Below are positions 9,202 through 17,658 of a stretch of DNA of 21,840 nt, in pieces. The notes under the pieces are model-generated. The model worked only from the letters and a program-made list of their open reading frames with translations, ran no database searches and was not told the DNA's origin. How positions within the stretch are numbered: the first letter of the stretch is position 1; every line of letters begins with the position of its first letter. Position numbers and translations under genes: made by a program. Source of the stretch: Armatimonadota bacterium. GTDB taxonomy: Bacteria > Armatimonadota > Hebobacteria > CAIYQO01. The DNA is taken from positions 1-21,840 of the forward strand of contig JBBRXO010000046.1 in NCBI GenBank assembly GCA_038248345.1. The letters are read 5' to 3'.

Positions 9202-12200
9202 ATGCGATATTTAACGATGGTAATGCTCTTCGGCATGATGATGCTGGCTTCACTGGTGCATGCGGAGCAATTCCGCGGAGCATTGTCGGGGGTGGCAGTA
9301 TTTATGGATGGAACACCCATGGTCGGGGTGCCGGTGAAGGTGGTAGGGACGGGGTTTGTGCGTGAGGTTATCACCGGGCCGGATGGCTCCTTTAACCTGA
9401 TCACCCCGATAGGCAAAGTGACGGCCTTGTTGCCGTTAGCCGATAATTACGACTCTACCCAGAGTGTGATTGTGCCGATTGATGGCCGTGGCACGGTGCG
9501 GCTGGTATTGCGCCACGCCGGGATACTGGTTAATTTCGTCGCAGCAGATGGTTCGCCGGTGACGGTCACCGCGGCCACCGCCGCTTACCATAAGCTCCAC
9601 GGCGAAGTCATTGATATCCCCAGCGCTACTTTCGGGGCCGCCGGGCGCTGGTTTGATGTCAGCTCTGATGCTACCCAGATCGCGGTGCGCGCCTCCATCA
9701 ATGGCGTTGACCGCCATGATATCAGCATCGCCCGCCAGTTCAGTTTCAATCGTTCCAATCTGCAACAGCAGATTAAGATAACGCTGCCCGTGGGGACATT
9801 ACGTTTCCAGGTGGTGGATAATTATGGCCGTCCGCAGGGCAATACCCGGGTGAGCGGCACGCTTCGTTATCCGATGCAAGAGGCTATCCCCGGCTATTGG
9901 GACACGCATGACCCGGCCACCACCGCCGGAACGCAAAATATTAACGCGCTACTCACTGATAATTACGGGTACCTTCATCTCGGCACCGCCTTGGCCGGGG
10001 ATTATCGTCTGCGCCTCACTGCCAATGCTCAGGCTGGCGCCGATGTCGACTTCACCGTCGGCAATGATGGCCACGTGTCGCTGTTGCAGTATACGCTGGG
10101 CCATGCGGGCTCACCACCTCCGCCCGATCCGGGCAACAATCGCCGGGTGACGCAGCAGGTTTTTGACGCTGATGGCCGCCCGGCAGGTAATACCACCGTG
10201 CATGCCAGCTATGCTTATCGTGGTATAGCCTATCTGGTGGACCGAGATACTGACTACAACGGACGGGTGACCTGGTCTTCATTGCCGCCCGTGCGGGTGA
10301 TTGTCTGGGGTAATGATGTCCCTGCCGGGGTGATCTCCGCCACCGCCACTGATGTGCGCTACACGCTGCCGACACCCGTGCCCGATGATTATATACGCTA
10401 CAGTGTGCGCGTGGAGGGGTTAGATGTCGACCGAACCACCCTCACCTGGCGCTTCCGCCGTGCCGGGCAACAGCGTGGGGATGTGACCACCACGGAATAC
10501 CGCCAGACGAACTATGTCATTTTGGGTGCCACCCAGGAGTGGAATATCCCCGGCGGTACGCTCTTTGACCTCACCGTCAGCGCCGACCGCAACGGAATTA
10601 CCCCGGCGCGCCTGACGCAAGTATATGCCCCCTACATCGATGACAATGCCCGTAGCGCCGTCTACACCCTGCCGATGACCGGATATGGCGACAATGGAGG
10701 TGGTGGCGGCTATGGGCGCGTGACGGTGATAGGGCGGCTCCTGAGTGAGAGCGGTGCCGGGCGTATGGCCTCGCGACTGGATATCGTCCCGGTAGATACC
10801 AACAACTATCTGCCGCAGCCAATCCAAGTGGACCTGCGCTATGACGGTAGCTTCTTTGCCACGCTGCCCGGGGTGGGCCGATATCGTGTTATCGTTGATA
10901 TGATTGACGAGAGCACCCCCGCCTTGCCGGGTATGCTTTTCACTGCCAATGCGGGCGAGAACCGCGTGGAAATTACCCTGCCTGATCCGGTGATCACTGT
11001 CACCTCTGGCGCAAAGGTGAACTGGGTGACCACCGCTGATCCTACCACCCTGCACAGCTTGGACGCGCGCTTCGGCCAGCGCATAGTAGATGTTTATGGC
11101 GACCCTGAGCGCATCCTGGTGGCCTGGTTCCGCCCCCGGGCCGACCAGCTCACCTACTGGAATCCCACGCTGGGTAGTTTGACGGCAGAACGCACGCGTA
11201 CCCTCACCGAGAGGTACTTCAACCTCACCGCTTCCACGCTGGCCGGGCGGGATTATCCGGGCACCTTGCGGTTATTGCCGCTTTTCCCCGTGAATGTTGC
11301 CGATATCAACATCGCAGGTTCCGAAATGATTCCGGTATTGGTGCCGGGCGGGCAAACTATACGCGTCTCCCTGCTCGCAGGCCCCTATGTTTTCGATGAC
11401 CCGGATCGCCCGGAGCTGGGTATCCTGGGGCGCATTGATCTGACGCTGGTGCGCGGCAATGCCGATTTACGTGCAACCAACTATAACAGTTACACCCAGC
11501 AGCCCGCAGATTTGCGTACACTGGAGCTGATCTTCCCTGTCGCCTCGGGCAATGATCCGGGTGATGCCTCGGCCACCATGCTGGTCACGGTGGATAACGA
11601 TCCATCCTTTGCCGCTTATCTCGCCGGAGCAGATATCCGCAATGGCCGGGCTCAAATGAGTGTGCCCATCGGGGCGACCTCGCTCTCCATCCAATGGCCG
11701 GGTGTGGGGGTGACCTCCAATGTTCAGATCCCCTACTCCAGTCCTAACCGTTTGCTGCGTATCCACTTGCCATTGCGCCAACCTGGGTTGCGTGTGGCGG
11801 GCCGGCTAGTGGATGATGCGGGTGTCCCCTTGCGCGGGCGGGAGCTTACCTTCATCCTTCCGGGCCAACTCCCCGCCGATGCCATAACTGTCATCACTGG
11901 GATGTATGGGAGCTTTGATGTCCCCGGGCTGCTCATCGGCTCAATTACTGCCCAAGCGGTATTCGACGGTGTCACCTACAGCTGGCCGTTGAACATCGCT
12001 AACGAGGTACTGCCCCCGCTGGTGTTGCGTACCGATAATGAAGCGTCCCGTCGCCACCCGTTGGCGATATATATGCCGTTAGAGACGCTGGCGCGTACCC
12101 CGCGCAATGTCGCCGTTTTTCGTATCCGCGATGGGAGAGAATCGGTGATTGCCAATCTGCAACCGAATTGGCTGCCCTTCTCGTTACTCGATTCGCAGGT

Positions 12201-12315
12201 AGCGCAATTGCCCAACGTGAAGATTGGCAGCTATCGCGTCGTGGTAACCACTAATCGCGGGAATACCCAGATGAACGCTACTGTGGATACGTATGGTGGG
12301 GCGGCAATTCCGTAG
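9202..12315 (+). CDS. Large secreted protein with repeated carboxypeptidase-regulatory-like / prealbumin-like beta-sandwich domains
   Basis: GGAGGTG RBS; signal peptide ending VHA; recurring D-x-x-G-x-P ... T-D-x-x-G motifs (VVDNYGRP, VFDADGRP, LVDDAGVP); Pro and Gly linkers. Confidence 0.7.
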   Translation: MRYLTMVMLFGMMMLASLVHAEQFRGALSGVAVFMDGTPMVGVPVKVVGTGFVREVITGPDGSFNLITPIGKVTALLPLADNYDSTQSVIVPIDGRGTVRLVLRHAGILVNFVAADGSPVTVTAATAAYHKLHGEVIDIPSATFGAAGRWFDVSSDATQIAVRASINGVDRHDISIARQFSFNRSNLQQQIKITLPVGTLRFQVVDNYGRPQGNTRVSGTLRYPMQEAIPGYWDTHDPATTAGTQNINALLTDNYGYLHLGTALAGDYRLRLTANAQAGADVDFTVGNDGHVSLLQYTLGHAGSPPPPDPGNNRRVTQQVFDADGRPAGNTTVHASYAYRGIAYLVDRDTDYNGRVTWSSLPPVRVIVWGNDVPAGVISATATDVRYTLPTPVPDDYIRYSVRVEGLDVDRTTLTWRFRRAGQQRGDVTTTEYRQTNYVILGATQEWNIPGGTLFDLTVSADRNGITPARLTQVYAPYIDDNARSAVYTLPMTGYGDNGGGGGYGRVTVIGRLLSESGAGRMASRLDIVPVDTNNYLPQPIQVDLRYDGSFFATLPGVGRYRVIVDMIDESTPALPGMLFTANAGENRVEITLPDPVITVTSGAKVNWVTTADPTTLHSLDARFGQRIVDVYGDPERILVAWFRPRADQLTYWNPTLGSLTAERTRTLTERYFNLTASTLAGRDYPGTLRLLPLFPVNVADINIAGSEMIPVLVPGGQTIRVSLLAGPYVFDDPDRPELGILGRIDLTLVRGNADLRATNYNSYTQQPADLRTLELIFPVASGNDPGDASATMLVTVDNDPSFAAYLAGADIRNGRAQMSVPIGATSLSIQWPGVGVTSNVQIPYSSPNRLLRIHLPLRQPGLRVAGRLVDDAGVPLRGRELTFILPGQLPADAITVITGMYGSFDVPGLLIGSITAQAVFDGVTYSWPLNIANEVLPPLVLRTDNEASRRHPLAIYMPLETLARTPRNVAVFRIRDGRESVIANLQPNWLPFSLLDSQVAQLPNVKIGSYRVVVTTNRGNTQMNATVDTYGGAAIP

Positions 12316-12347
12316 TATTTACTCCAATTTAAGGCTCACCATATACC

Positions 12348-12944
12348 ATGATGAATAACAACAACCAGACGCCGGAGATGGCGCTAGAGAGCCTGGCGGA
12401 GCAGATTCGCGCCTGCCGTAATTGTGACCTGGCGCGAGGACGCACCCAGGCGGTGCCGGGTGAGGGCAACGTGCGCGCGGAGATTATGTTCATCGGAGAG
12501 GCCCCGGGGAAGAAGGAGGATGAGTTGGGCCATCCTTTCATCGGGCCTTCGGGCAAGTTCCTCACCAGCATGATCGAAGATATCGGGTTGCGGCGTGAGG
12601 ATGTCTTCATCGGTAATGTCATCCGTTGCCGCCCCCCGGAGAACCGCGATCCGCAAGCGAATGAAATCGCCGCCTGCCGCGGCTGGCTCCACGCCCAGCT
12701 GCAAATAATCCAACCACGGGTGGTCTGCACCCTGGGACGCTTTGCGATGAATACCCTGATCGACCCGGATATGTTGATCGGGCAGGCGCACGGCATCCCG
12801 GTAGAGAAAGACGGTGTGCTTTTCATCCCCCTTTATCATCCGGCGGCGGCACTACACCAGGCGAAATTACGCGACACGTTGATTGCTGACATGCGCCAGG
12901 TACGAGTGGAACTGCAGGCGCGCGGTTTGTGGGGCAAGCGGTAG
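12348..12944 (+). CDS. Uracil-DNA glycosylase family 4 (4Fe-4S)
   Basis: CRNC, IGEAPG, PFIGPSG, CRPPENRDP, YHPAA. Confidence 0.93.
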   Translation: MMNNNNQTPEMALESLAEQIRACRNCDLARGRTQAVPGEGNVRAEIMFIGEAPGKKEDELGHPFIGPSGKFLTSMIEDIGLRREDVFIGNVIRCRPPENRDPQANEIAACRGWLHAQLQIIQPRVVCTLGRFAMNTLIDPDMLIGQAHGIPVEKDGVLFIPLYHPAAALHQAKLRDTLIADMRQVRVELQARGLWGKR

Positions 12945-12948
12945 TGAT

Positions 12949-13125
12949 AAAAAGCAGGGAGTCCCGGAAGGAATTTTACGCATCACTCTGCGTTTTTTTG
13001 CTTATGAGCCAACATGCTCCCTCTTCTCTCTCACTCGGAATGTATCGGACTTATTGTCTGCACTTATATCCGCCATACTTCCTCCAGTGAGTATCGGGGC
13101 TAACATGCCTTCCGGGCTCTCCCGT
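12949..13125 (-). ncRNA. Candidate structured RNA (~170 nt), family unassigned
   Basis: End-to-end pairing of 13108-13123 with 12957-12971; long internal hairpin 13030-13091; TATTAT just upstream and a T run just downstream on the minus strand. Confidence 0.4.
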
Positions 13126-13290
13126 AAACCTATAATACCCCCACGCCACGGGCAGCGTGTTGGATTTATGCTACATTTTTCGGCGTTGTTGGTTTTTTGC
13201 CGGGATGTAGTTGGATATTATGGCGAAATCGGGGACGAGCCAATGCGGAGATTGGCGCTCCCAGGAGACATCCATTCACCGAACACCCCA

Positions 13291-13319
13291 TTGACCATTC
13301 GGTATTCTTCTGGTATTAT
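13291..13319 (+). promoter_or_regulatory. sigma70/SigA promoter of HTH-leuA with overlapping repeats
   Basis: TTGACC 13291-13296, 17 nt, TGn-extended TATTAT 13314-13319; ATTCGGTAT at 13297 and 13318. Confidence 0.75.
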
Positions 13320-13366
13320 TCGGTATCGGTAATTGTGCCGGTCTGTTTTTCCGAGGAGGTGCTGCT

Positions 13367-15184
13367 ATGTCGGATACAATTATACGACGTACAGGATTAC
13401 TTGAGGCACTGCGGCGTAGAAACCTGAGCCAGGCGAAGTTCGCCCGCGCGCTGGAGTGCAGTCCGGGGTATCTCTCGGAATTGCTGCAGGGACGCTACCA
13501 GCCCAGCGCCGAGCTACGCGAGCGTATGTTGACGGTACTCAATGACCCCCAGCTGTATGGGGAGCTGCCCACGGTGAAGTGGGACTATATCTTTACTGCG
13601 GCCGAGGCGATTCCCGGCGGAAAGGAGAACACGATCATGATGGACACTATTAAAATTTTCGACACTACGCTGCGTGACGGCGAGCAATCGCCGGGCGCGA
13701 GCATGAACATTGAAGAGAAGCTGGAGGTGGCACGGCAACTGGCACGCCTGGGCGTCGACGTCATTGAGGCGGGATTCCCCATCTCCTCTGACCGCGACTT
13801 TGAGGCGGTGCAGATGATCGCCCGTGAAGTGAAAGGCCCGATCATCGCCGGCCTCTGCCGCGCAGGCGAGAAGGATATTCGCCGCGCCTACGAAGCGGTG
13901 AAGGATGCCGAACGCAAACGTATCCACACCTTTATCGCCACCAGCGACATCCATATGGAGCACAAGCTGCGCAAGACGCGCGCTGAAGTGCTGCAAATGG
14001 CCACTGACGCGGTGAAGCTGGCGTGCTCACTGGTAGATGACGTGGAGTTCTCCGCCGAAGACGCCACCCGCAGCGATGTCGACTTCCTCTGCCAGGTGGT
14101 GGAGGCGGTCATCGACGCCGGGGCGACTACCGTGAACATCCCCGATACCGTCGGCTACACTACGCCGGAAGAGTTCGGCGCGCTCATCGCCGCTATCCGC
14201 ACCCGCGTGCCGAATATCGACAAGGCGATTATCAGCGTGCATTGCCACAACGACCTGGGGCTGGCTGTGGCCAACTCGCTGGCGGCAGTGCGCAACGGCG
14301 CCGGGCAGGTGGAATGTACCATAAACGGCCTGGGCGAGCGCGCGGGCAATGCCGCGCTGGAAGAAGTGGTGATGGCCATGCGCACCCGGCCCGATGTGTT
14401 CCCGGCGAAAAATGGCATCAATACCAAGGAGCTGATGCGCACTAGCCGGCTGGTGAGCGACGTAACCAGCATCCACGTACAGCCGAACAAGGCCATCGTG
14501 GGGGCCAACGCCTTCAGCCACGAGGCGGGCATCCACCAGCACGGTATGCTGGCGAACAAGCTCACCTATGAGATCATGTCTCCCGAAGACGTGGGCGCCG
14601 GCGAGAGCAAACTGGTGCTGGGCATCCACAGCGGCAAGCACGCCATCATCCGCAAACTGGCGGAGATGGGCTACGAGCTGGATGATAGCCAGTTCGACAA
14701 GGTAGTACAGCGCGTGAAGGAGATCGCCAGCAAGAAGAAGGAAGTGACCGAGCGTGACCTGGAGTCAATCGTCAGCGACGAGATCACCCTGGTGAGCAAA
14801 CGCTTTGAACTCGACTACTTCCATGTGGTGTGCGGATCCAACATGCAGCCCTCCGCCACCGTGCGGCTGATCTGCAACGGGGAGACAGTCACCGAGGCGG
14901 GTATCGGCGTCGGGTCAGTGGATGCCGTCTACCATACCATCGACCAGGTTGCGCAGTTGCCGCATAACCTGGTGGACTACGTGGTGCACAGCGTCACCGG
15001 TGGCACCGACGCGCTGGCCGATGTGAGTGTGCGCATCAGCGATGCGGAGAACGGGCGGATATTCACCGGTCGCGGCGCCAGCACCGACATAATAGACGCC
15101 AGCGCCAAGGCCTACGTGCAAGCCCTCAACCGCCTGTCCGGCCACTCCCAGGGCTTCAGCCCGCAGGGGAATGAGAGTATCTGA
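13367..15184 (+). CDS. leuA: 2-isopropylmalate synthase with in-frame N-terminal XRE helix-turn-helix domain; LeuA proper starts at 13637/13640
   Basis: Residues 1-90 are XRE-like ([32 protein letters not shown]). Then [44 protein letters not shown] and the C-terminal regulatory domain. RBS GGAGGT before 13367 and AAAGGAG before 13637. Confidence 0.92.
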   Translation: MSDTIIRRTGLLEALRRRNLSQAKFARALECSPGYLSELLQGRYQPSAELRERMLTVLNDPQLYGELPTVKWDYIFTAAEAIPGGKENTIMMDTIKIFDTTLRDGEQSPGASMNIEEKLEVARQLARLGVDVIEAGFPISSDRDFEAVQMIAREVKGPIIAGLCRAGEKDIRRAYEAVKDAERKRIHTFIATSDIHMEHKLRKTRAEVLQMATDAVKLACSLVDDVEFSAEDATRSDVDFLCQVVEAVIDAGATTVNIPDTVGYTTPEEFGALIAAIRTRVPNIDKAIISVHCHNDLGLAVANSLAAVRNGAGQVECTINGLGERAGNAALEEVVMAMRTRPDVFPAKNGINTKELMRTSRLVSDVTSIHVQPNKAIVGANAFSHEAGIHQHGMLANKLTYEIMSPEDVGAGESKLVLGIHSGKHAIIRKLAEMGYELDDSQFDKVVQRVKEIASKKKEVTERDLESIVSDEITLVSKRFELDYFHVVCGSNMQPSATVRLICNGETVTEAGIGVGSVDAVYHTIDQVAQLPHNLVDYVVHSVTGGTDALADVSVRISDAENGRIFTGRGASTDIIDASAKAYVQALNRLSGHSQGFSPQGNESI

Positions 15185-15208
15185 GGGGTGGGAAACCACA
15201 AAAAGATA

Positions 15209-15237
15209 CGACCCCGGGAATAATACTCCCGGGGTCG
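15209..15237 (-). terminator. Terminator hairpin between leuA and the convergent small ORF
   Basis: Perfect 11-bp inverted repeat CGACCCCGGGA/TCCCGGGGTCG. The T-rich tail is on the minus strand; it may act in both directions. Confidence 0.7.
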
Positions 15238-15243
15238 CGCCTA

Positions 15244-15411
15244 TCAGGAAGCCTTTTTCCGCGCGAGCACTTCTCGCTGCAATTCCTGCAATTCTCGGCC
15301 ACTTTCTTCCCAGAATATCAATTGCTCTTCACGCGTCATGCCTGCCAATAATGCCTGCACGCTTTCGGCACCCTTATGCTTCATTTCTACGCAATCAAAG
15401 TCCTTCTTCAT
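15244..15411 (-). CDS. 55-aa small protein, putative antitoxin-like
   Basis: Translated by hand: MKKDFDCVEMKHKGAESVQALLAGMTREEQLIFWEESGRELQELQREVLARKKAS. GAGGTG RBS 7 nt upstream; terminator immediately downstream. Confidence 0.8.
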   Translation of the reverse strand: MKKDFDCVEMKHKGAESVQALLAGMTREEQLIFWEESGRELQELQREVLARKKAS

Positions 15412-15489
15412 GCTTTATCACCTCGCTTTGAAGATTATCCGCCACGAAGTGGCATGTGTTGCTAGCTACGGGGCGTACATGCACTTTCA

Positions 15490-15534
15490 GGGTGATTTAC
15501 TACCAGCTTGTGAGTTATTGGTAGTAAATCGCCC
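15490..15534. terminator. Long hairpin immediately downstream of the kinase gene
   Basis: 16-bp arms GGGTGATTTACTACCA / TGGTAGTAAATCGCCC (one non-Watson-Crick pair), 13-nt loop; no clear U tract. Confidence 0.5.
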
Positions 15535-15545
15535 CAGGTAAACTT

Positions 15546-17366
15546 TTACGGCGTCACCGGCTTATTGGCAACCGGGAGGTAGTTTTGTGTCGCGGTTAGT
15601 TTGTTGACATTCTTATCATATGGCCCGGTATACAAGCGGATGACGGCTTTTTTGTCGCTCATTCGTTTGAAGGTAACCGTGGGGATATTCGATTCGGGCA
15701 TGAAGGGGGAGGTGGGGAATATCTCTGTTTCGTCCTCTCCTGCTTTTTCCAGTGTCACCCGCACGAATACTTGCGCAGCTGGCCCCTGGCCTTCATCTTT
15801 GACTCTATATTTGAACGTATCCGTGATCTCGTATGGCTTATCTTCCGGCGGCGGCGGCGGTGCAATTACCGGGTCTTCCATCGCTATGACGATTGTTAGT
15901 TTGTCCTTGAAGCCCAGCGGCGTTTTTACCGGTGGTTCTGTGCGGGTGATGGTATCCTTCGGCAGGGTGGAAATCTCTTTCTTTACCTCGATAGTCCCGG
16001 TATATTTCATATCCGTCAGCACCTTGCGCGCTTCCTCCTCCCCCTTGCCGGTGAAGTCGGGGATGATCAGACTTTCGGTAGGAGCCGGGCCTTTGCTGAC
16101 GGTGAAACGCACCGTGGAGCCAGCATCTATATCCGTGCCGGAGTTGGGGCTCTGGCGGAAAACGATGCCTTTGGGTGTGGTTTCGCTGTACTCTTCCTCG
16201 GCTTCGCCGTTGAGCTGATTTAATTTGAGCAGGCTTATCGCCCTATCCTTCGTCAAGTTATCGACACAGAGGTTGGGCACATTCTGCGCTAGAGCGGGGC
16301 GGTTGTTGCCGCCCGGTGGTCGCATTAAAATATAGGTAGCGCCGATGACGAACAGGCCCAGCATGACGAAGAGCGAGACGATAAGCCAGCCATTATTGCT
16401 CGGTGGTTCCTGGTAGGGCGGCGCGGGGGCGCGGCGCGGGGCGGAGACCGGCTCCGGGGCCGGGGCTGCGGCCGCCGCAGGCTTGCGGTAGATCATCGTG
16501 GCATCGGGAGGCGTCATGGCAGTGCGTTGAATGACCACCGTCTCATCTTGATGCAGCTCTTTTTTTACCCGTTCCAGCGCCGCTGCGACATCGGCGGCGG
16601 ACTGGTAGCGGTTGCGCGGCTCTTTCTCCAGGCACCTCATGATGATATGTTCGATTGCGGCGGGTATCTTGGGGCGAATCTGCCGCGGCGGGATTGCCTT
16701 CTCATAGATCTGTTTATGCGCTACGGCTATCCCACCTTCGCCCTCGAACATGGTGCGTCCGGTGAACATCTCGAAGAGTACTGCCCCTAATGAATAGATA
16801 TCGGAGAGCGGGGTGGTGTTCTCCCCGCGCGCCTGCTCCGGCGACAGGTAATGTACCGAGCCGACAATGACGCCGGTGTCATCGCCCTCGGAGACCTGCT
16901 TGGCGATGCCGAAGTCGGTGACTTTTATTTTGCCGTCGGTGGTGATGAGGATGTTATGCGGCTTGATGTCGCGGTGAACCAGCCCGCCCTTGTGCGCGGC
17001 GGCGATGGCGGCGGCGATTTGCCGCCCGAACTCCACAGCAGTAGCCAGCGGCAACGGGCCTTCGCGGCGCAACCGCTGCTTCATGTCCTCGCCTTCGACA
17101 TATTCCATCACGATATAGTAGTTGCCATCTGCCTGGCCGGTATCGTAGATCAGGCGGATATTCTCGTGTGACACCTTAGCGGAGGAGCGCACTTCGCGCA
17201 GGAAGCGCTCGATGAAAGCCGGGTCGCTGGCAAATTGCTCGCGCATCATCTTCACCGCTACTACGCGGTCGATGAGGTTGTCATGCGCCTTGTAAGTGAC
17301 GCCCATGCCCCCCTCGCCCACCGGCCCATCCAATATATAGCGATCATTCAGCGTCCGTTGAGTCAT
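15546..17366 (-). CDS. PASTA-domain Hanks-type Ser/Thr kinase (PknB/PrkC/Stk1 family)
   Basis: GEGGMG, VAVK, HRDIKPHN, DFG, GSVHYLSPEQ, DIYSLG; Pro/Ala-rich linker, TM helix, two PASTA-like repeats and an extra C-terminal domain. ATG 17366 lies downstream of the promoter. Confidence 0.93.
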   Translation of the reverse strand: MTQRTLNDRYILDGPVGEGGMGVTYKAHDNLIDRVVAVKMMREQFASDPAFIERFLREVRSSAKVSHENIRLIYDTGQADGNYYIVMEYVEGEDMKQRLRREGPLPLATAVEFGRQIAAAIAAAHKGGLVHRDIKPHNILITTDGKIKVTDFGIAKQVSEGDDTGVIVGSVHYLSPEQARGENTTPLSDIYSLGAVLFEMFTGRTMFEGEGGIAVAHKQIYEKAIPPRQIRPKIPAAIEHIIMRCLEKEPRNRYQSAADVAAALERVKKELHQDETVVIQRTAMTPPDATMIYRKPAAAAAPAPEPVSAPRRAPAPPYQEPPSNNGWLIVSLFVMLGLFVIGATYILMRPPGGNNRPALAQNVPNLCVDNLTKDRAISLLKLNQLNGEAEEEYSETTPKGIVFRQSPNSGTDIDAGSTVRFTVSKGPAPTESLIIPDFTGKGEEEARKVLTDMKYTGTIEVKKEISTLPKDTITRTEPPVKTPLGFKDKLTIVIAMEDPVIAPPPPPEDKPYEITDTFKYRVKDEGQGPAAQVFVRVTLEKAGEDETEIFPTSPFMPESNIPTVTFKRMSDKKAVIRLYTGPYDKNVNKLTATQNYLPVANKPVTP

Positions 17367-17400
17367 ACGCACATTATTCCTTAGCTTAAGATACATACTG

Positions 17401-17429
17401 AGCATACCGCTGGATTTGTCAGGTGTCAA
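17401..17429 (-). promoter_or_regulatory. sigma70/SigA promoter of the kinase
   Basis: Minus strand TTGACA (17429-17424), 17 nt, TATGCT (17406-17401). Confidence 0.75.
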
Positions 17430-17471
17430 ATAGATATGGATTTGAGAGGGTGATTTAGGCGATTATCATGA

Positions 17472-17604
17472 TGGGACTAAAGTCCCGGCTGCGTGGCGCT
17501 GCGCGCCGATCGTCCGCCTACGCGGACTTGTTTAGGGGCAGAAAAGTCCGCACAGGCGGACGACTGGCATTTTAATGCCACGCAGCCAGGATTTCAATCC
17601 CAGC
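17472..17604. repeat. REPIN-like inverted pair of ~60-bp units
   Basis: 17472-17529 (minus) and 17542-17604 (plus) are inverted copies of AAGTCCGCnnAGGCGGAYGA...GCAGCCRGGA.TT.A.TCCCA; third copy at 6782-6843. Confidence 0.8.
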
Positions 17605-17658
17605 GAAAAATTGGCTTTGCGATTACTCCCTTGCAACTAGGAACTATAAACCAGGAAC

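Noticed and set aside
8014..12330. Integrative element at tRNA-Pro
   Set aside because: No integrase, and I found no duplicated tRNA 3' end in the window.
12961..12975. SRP RNA (CCGGAAGGAA resembles the conserved loop)
   Set aside because: The flanking CAGG and AGCAG elements are not correctly placed.
12945..13366. T-box or leucine attenuator upstream of leuA
   Set aside because: No UGGnACC antiterminator and no Leu-run leader peptide; the promoter is only ~47 nt from the start codon.
12883..13427. ORFs 12883-13332 and 13197-13427
   Set aside because: No recognisable domain; they overlap the glycosylase end, the structured region and the leuA promoter.
15186..15199. GGGGTGGGAAACCAC as a T-box
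   Set aside because: It lies after the leuA stop and is only a small GAAA-loop hairpin.
15430..15484. Degenerate REP around GCCACGAAGTGGC
   Set aside because: Only a 5-bp stem and no second copy in the window.
17367..17429. Upstream TTG start of the kinase
   Set aside because: That TTG is the -35 box of the promoter; ATG 17366 fits the family N-terminus.
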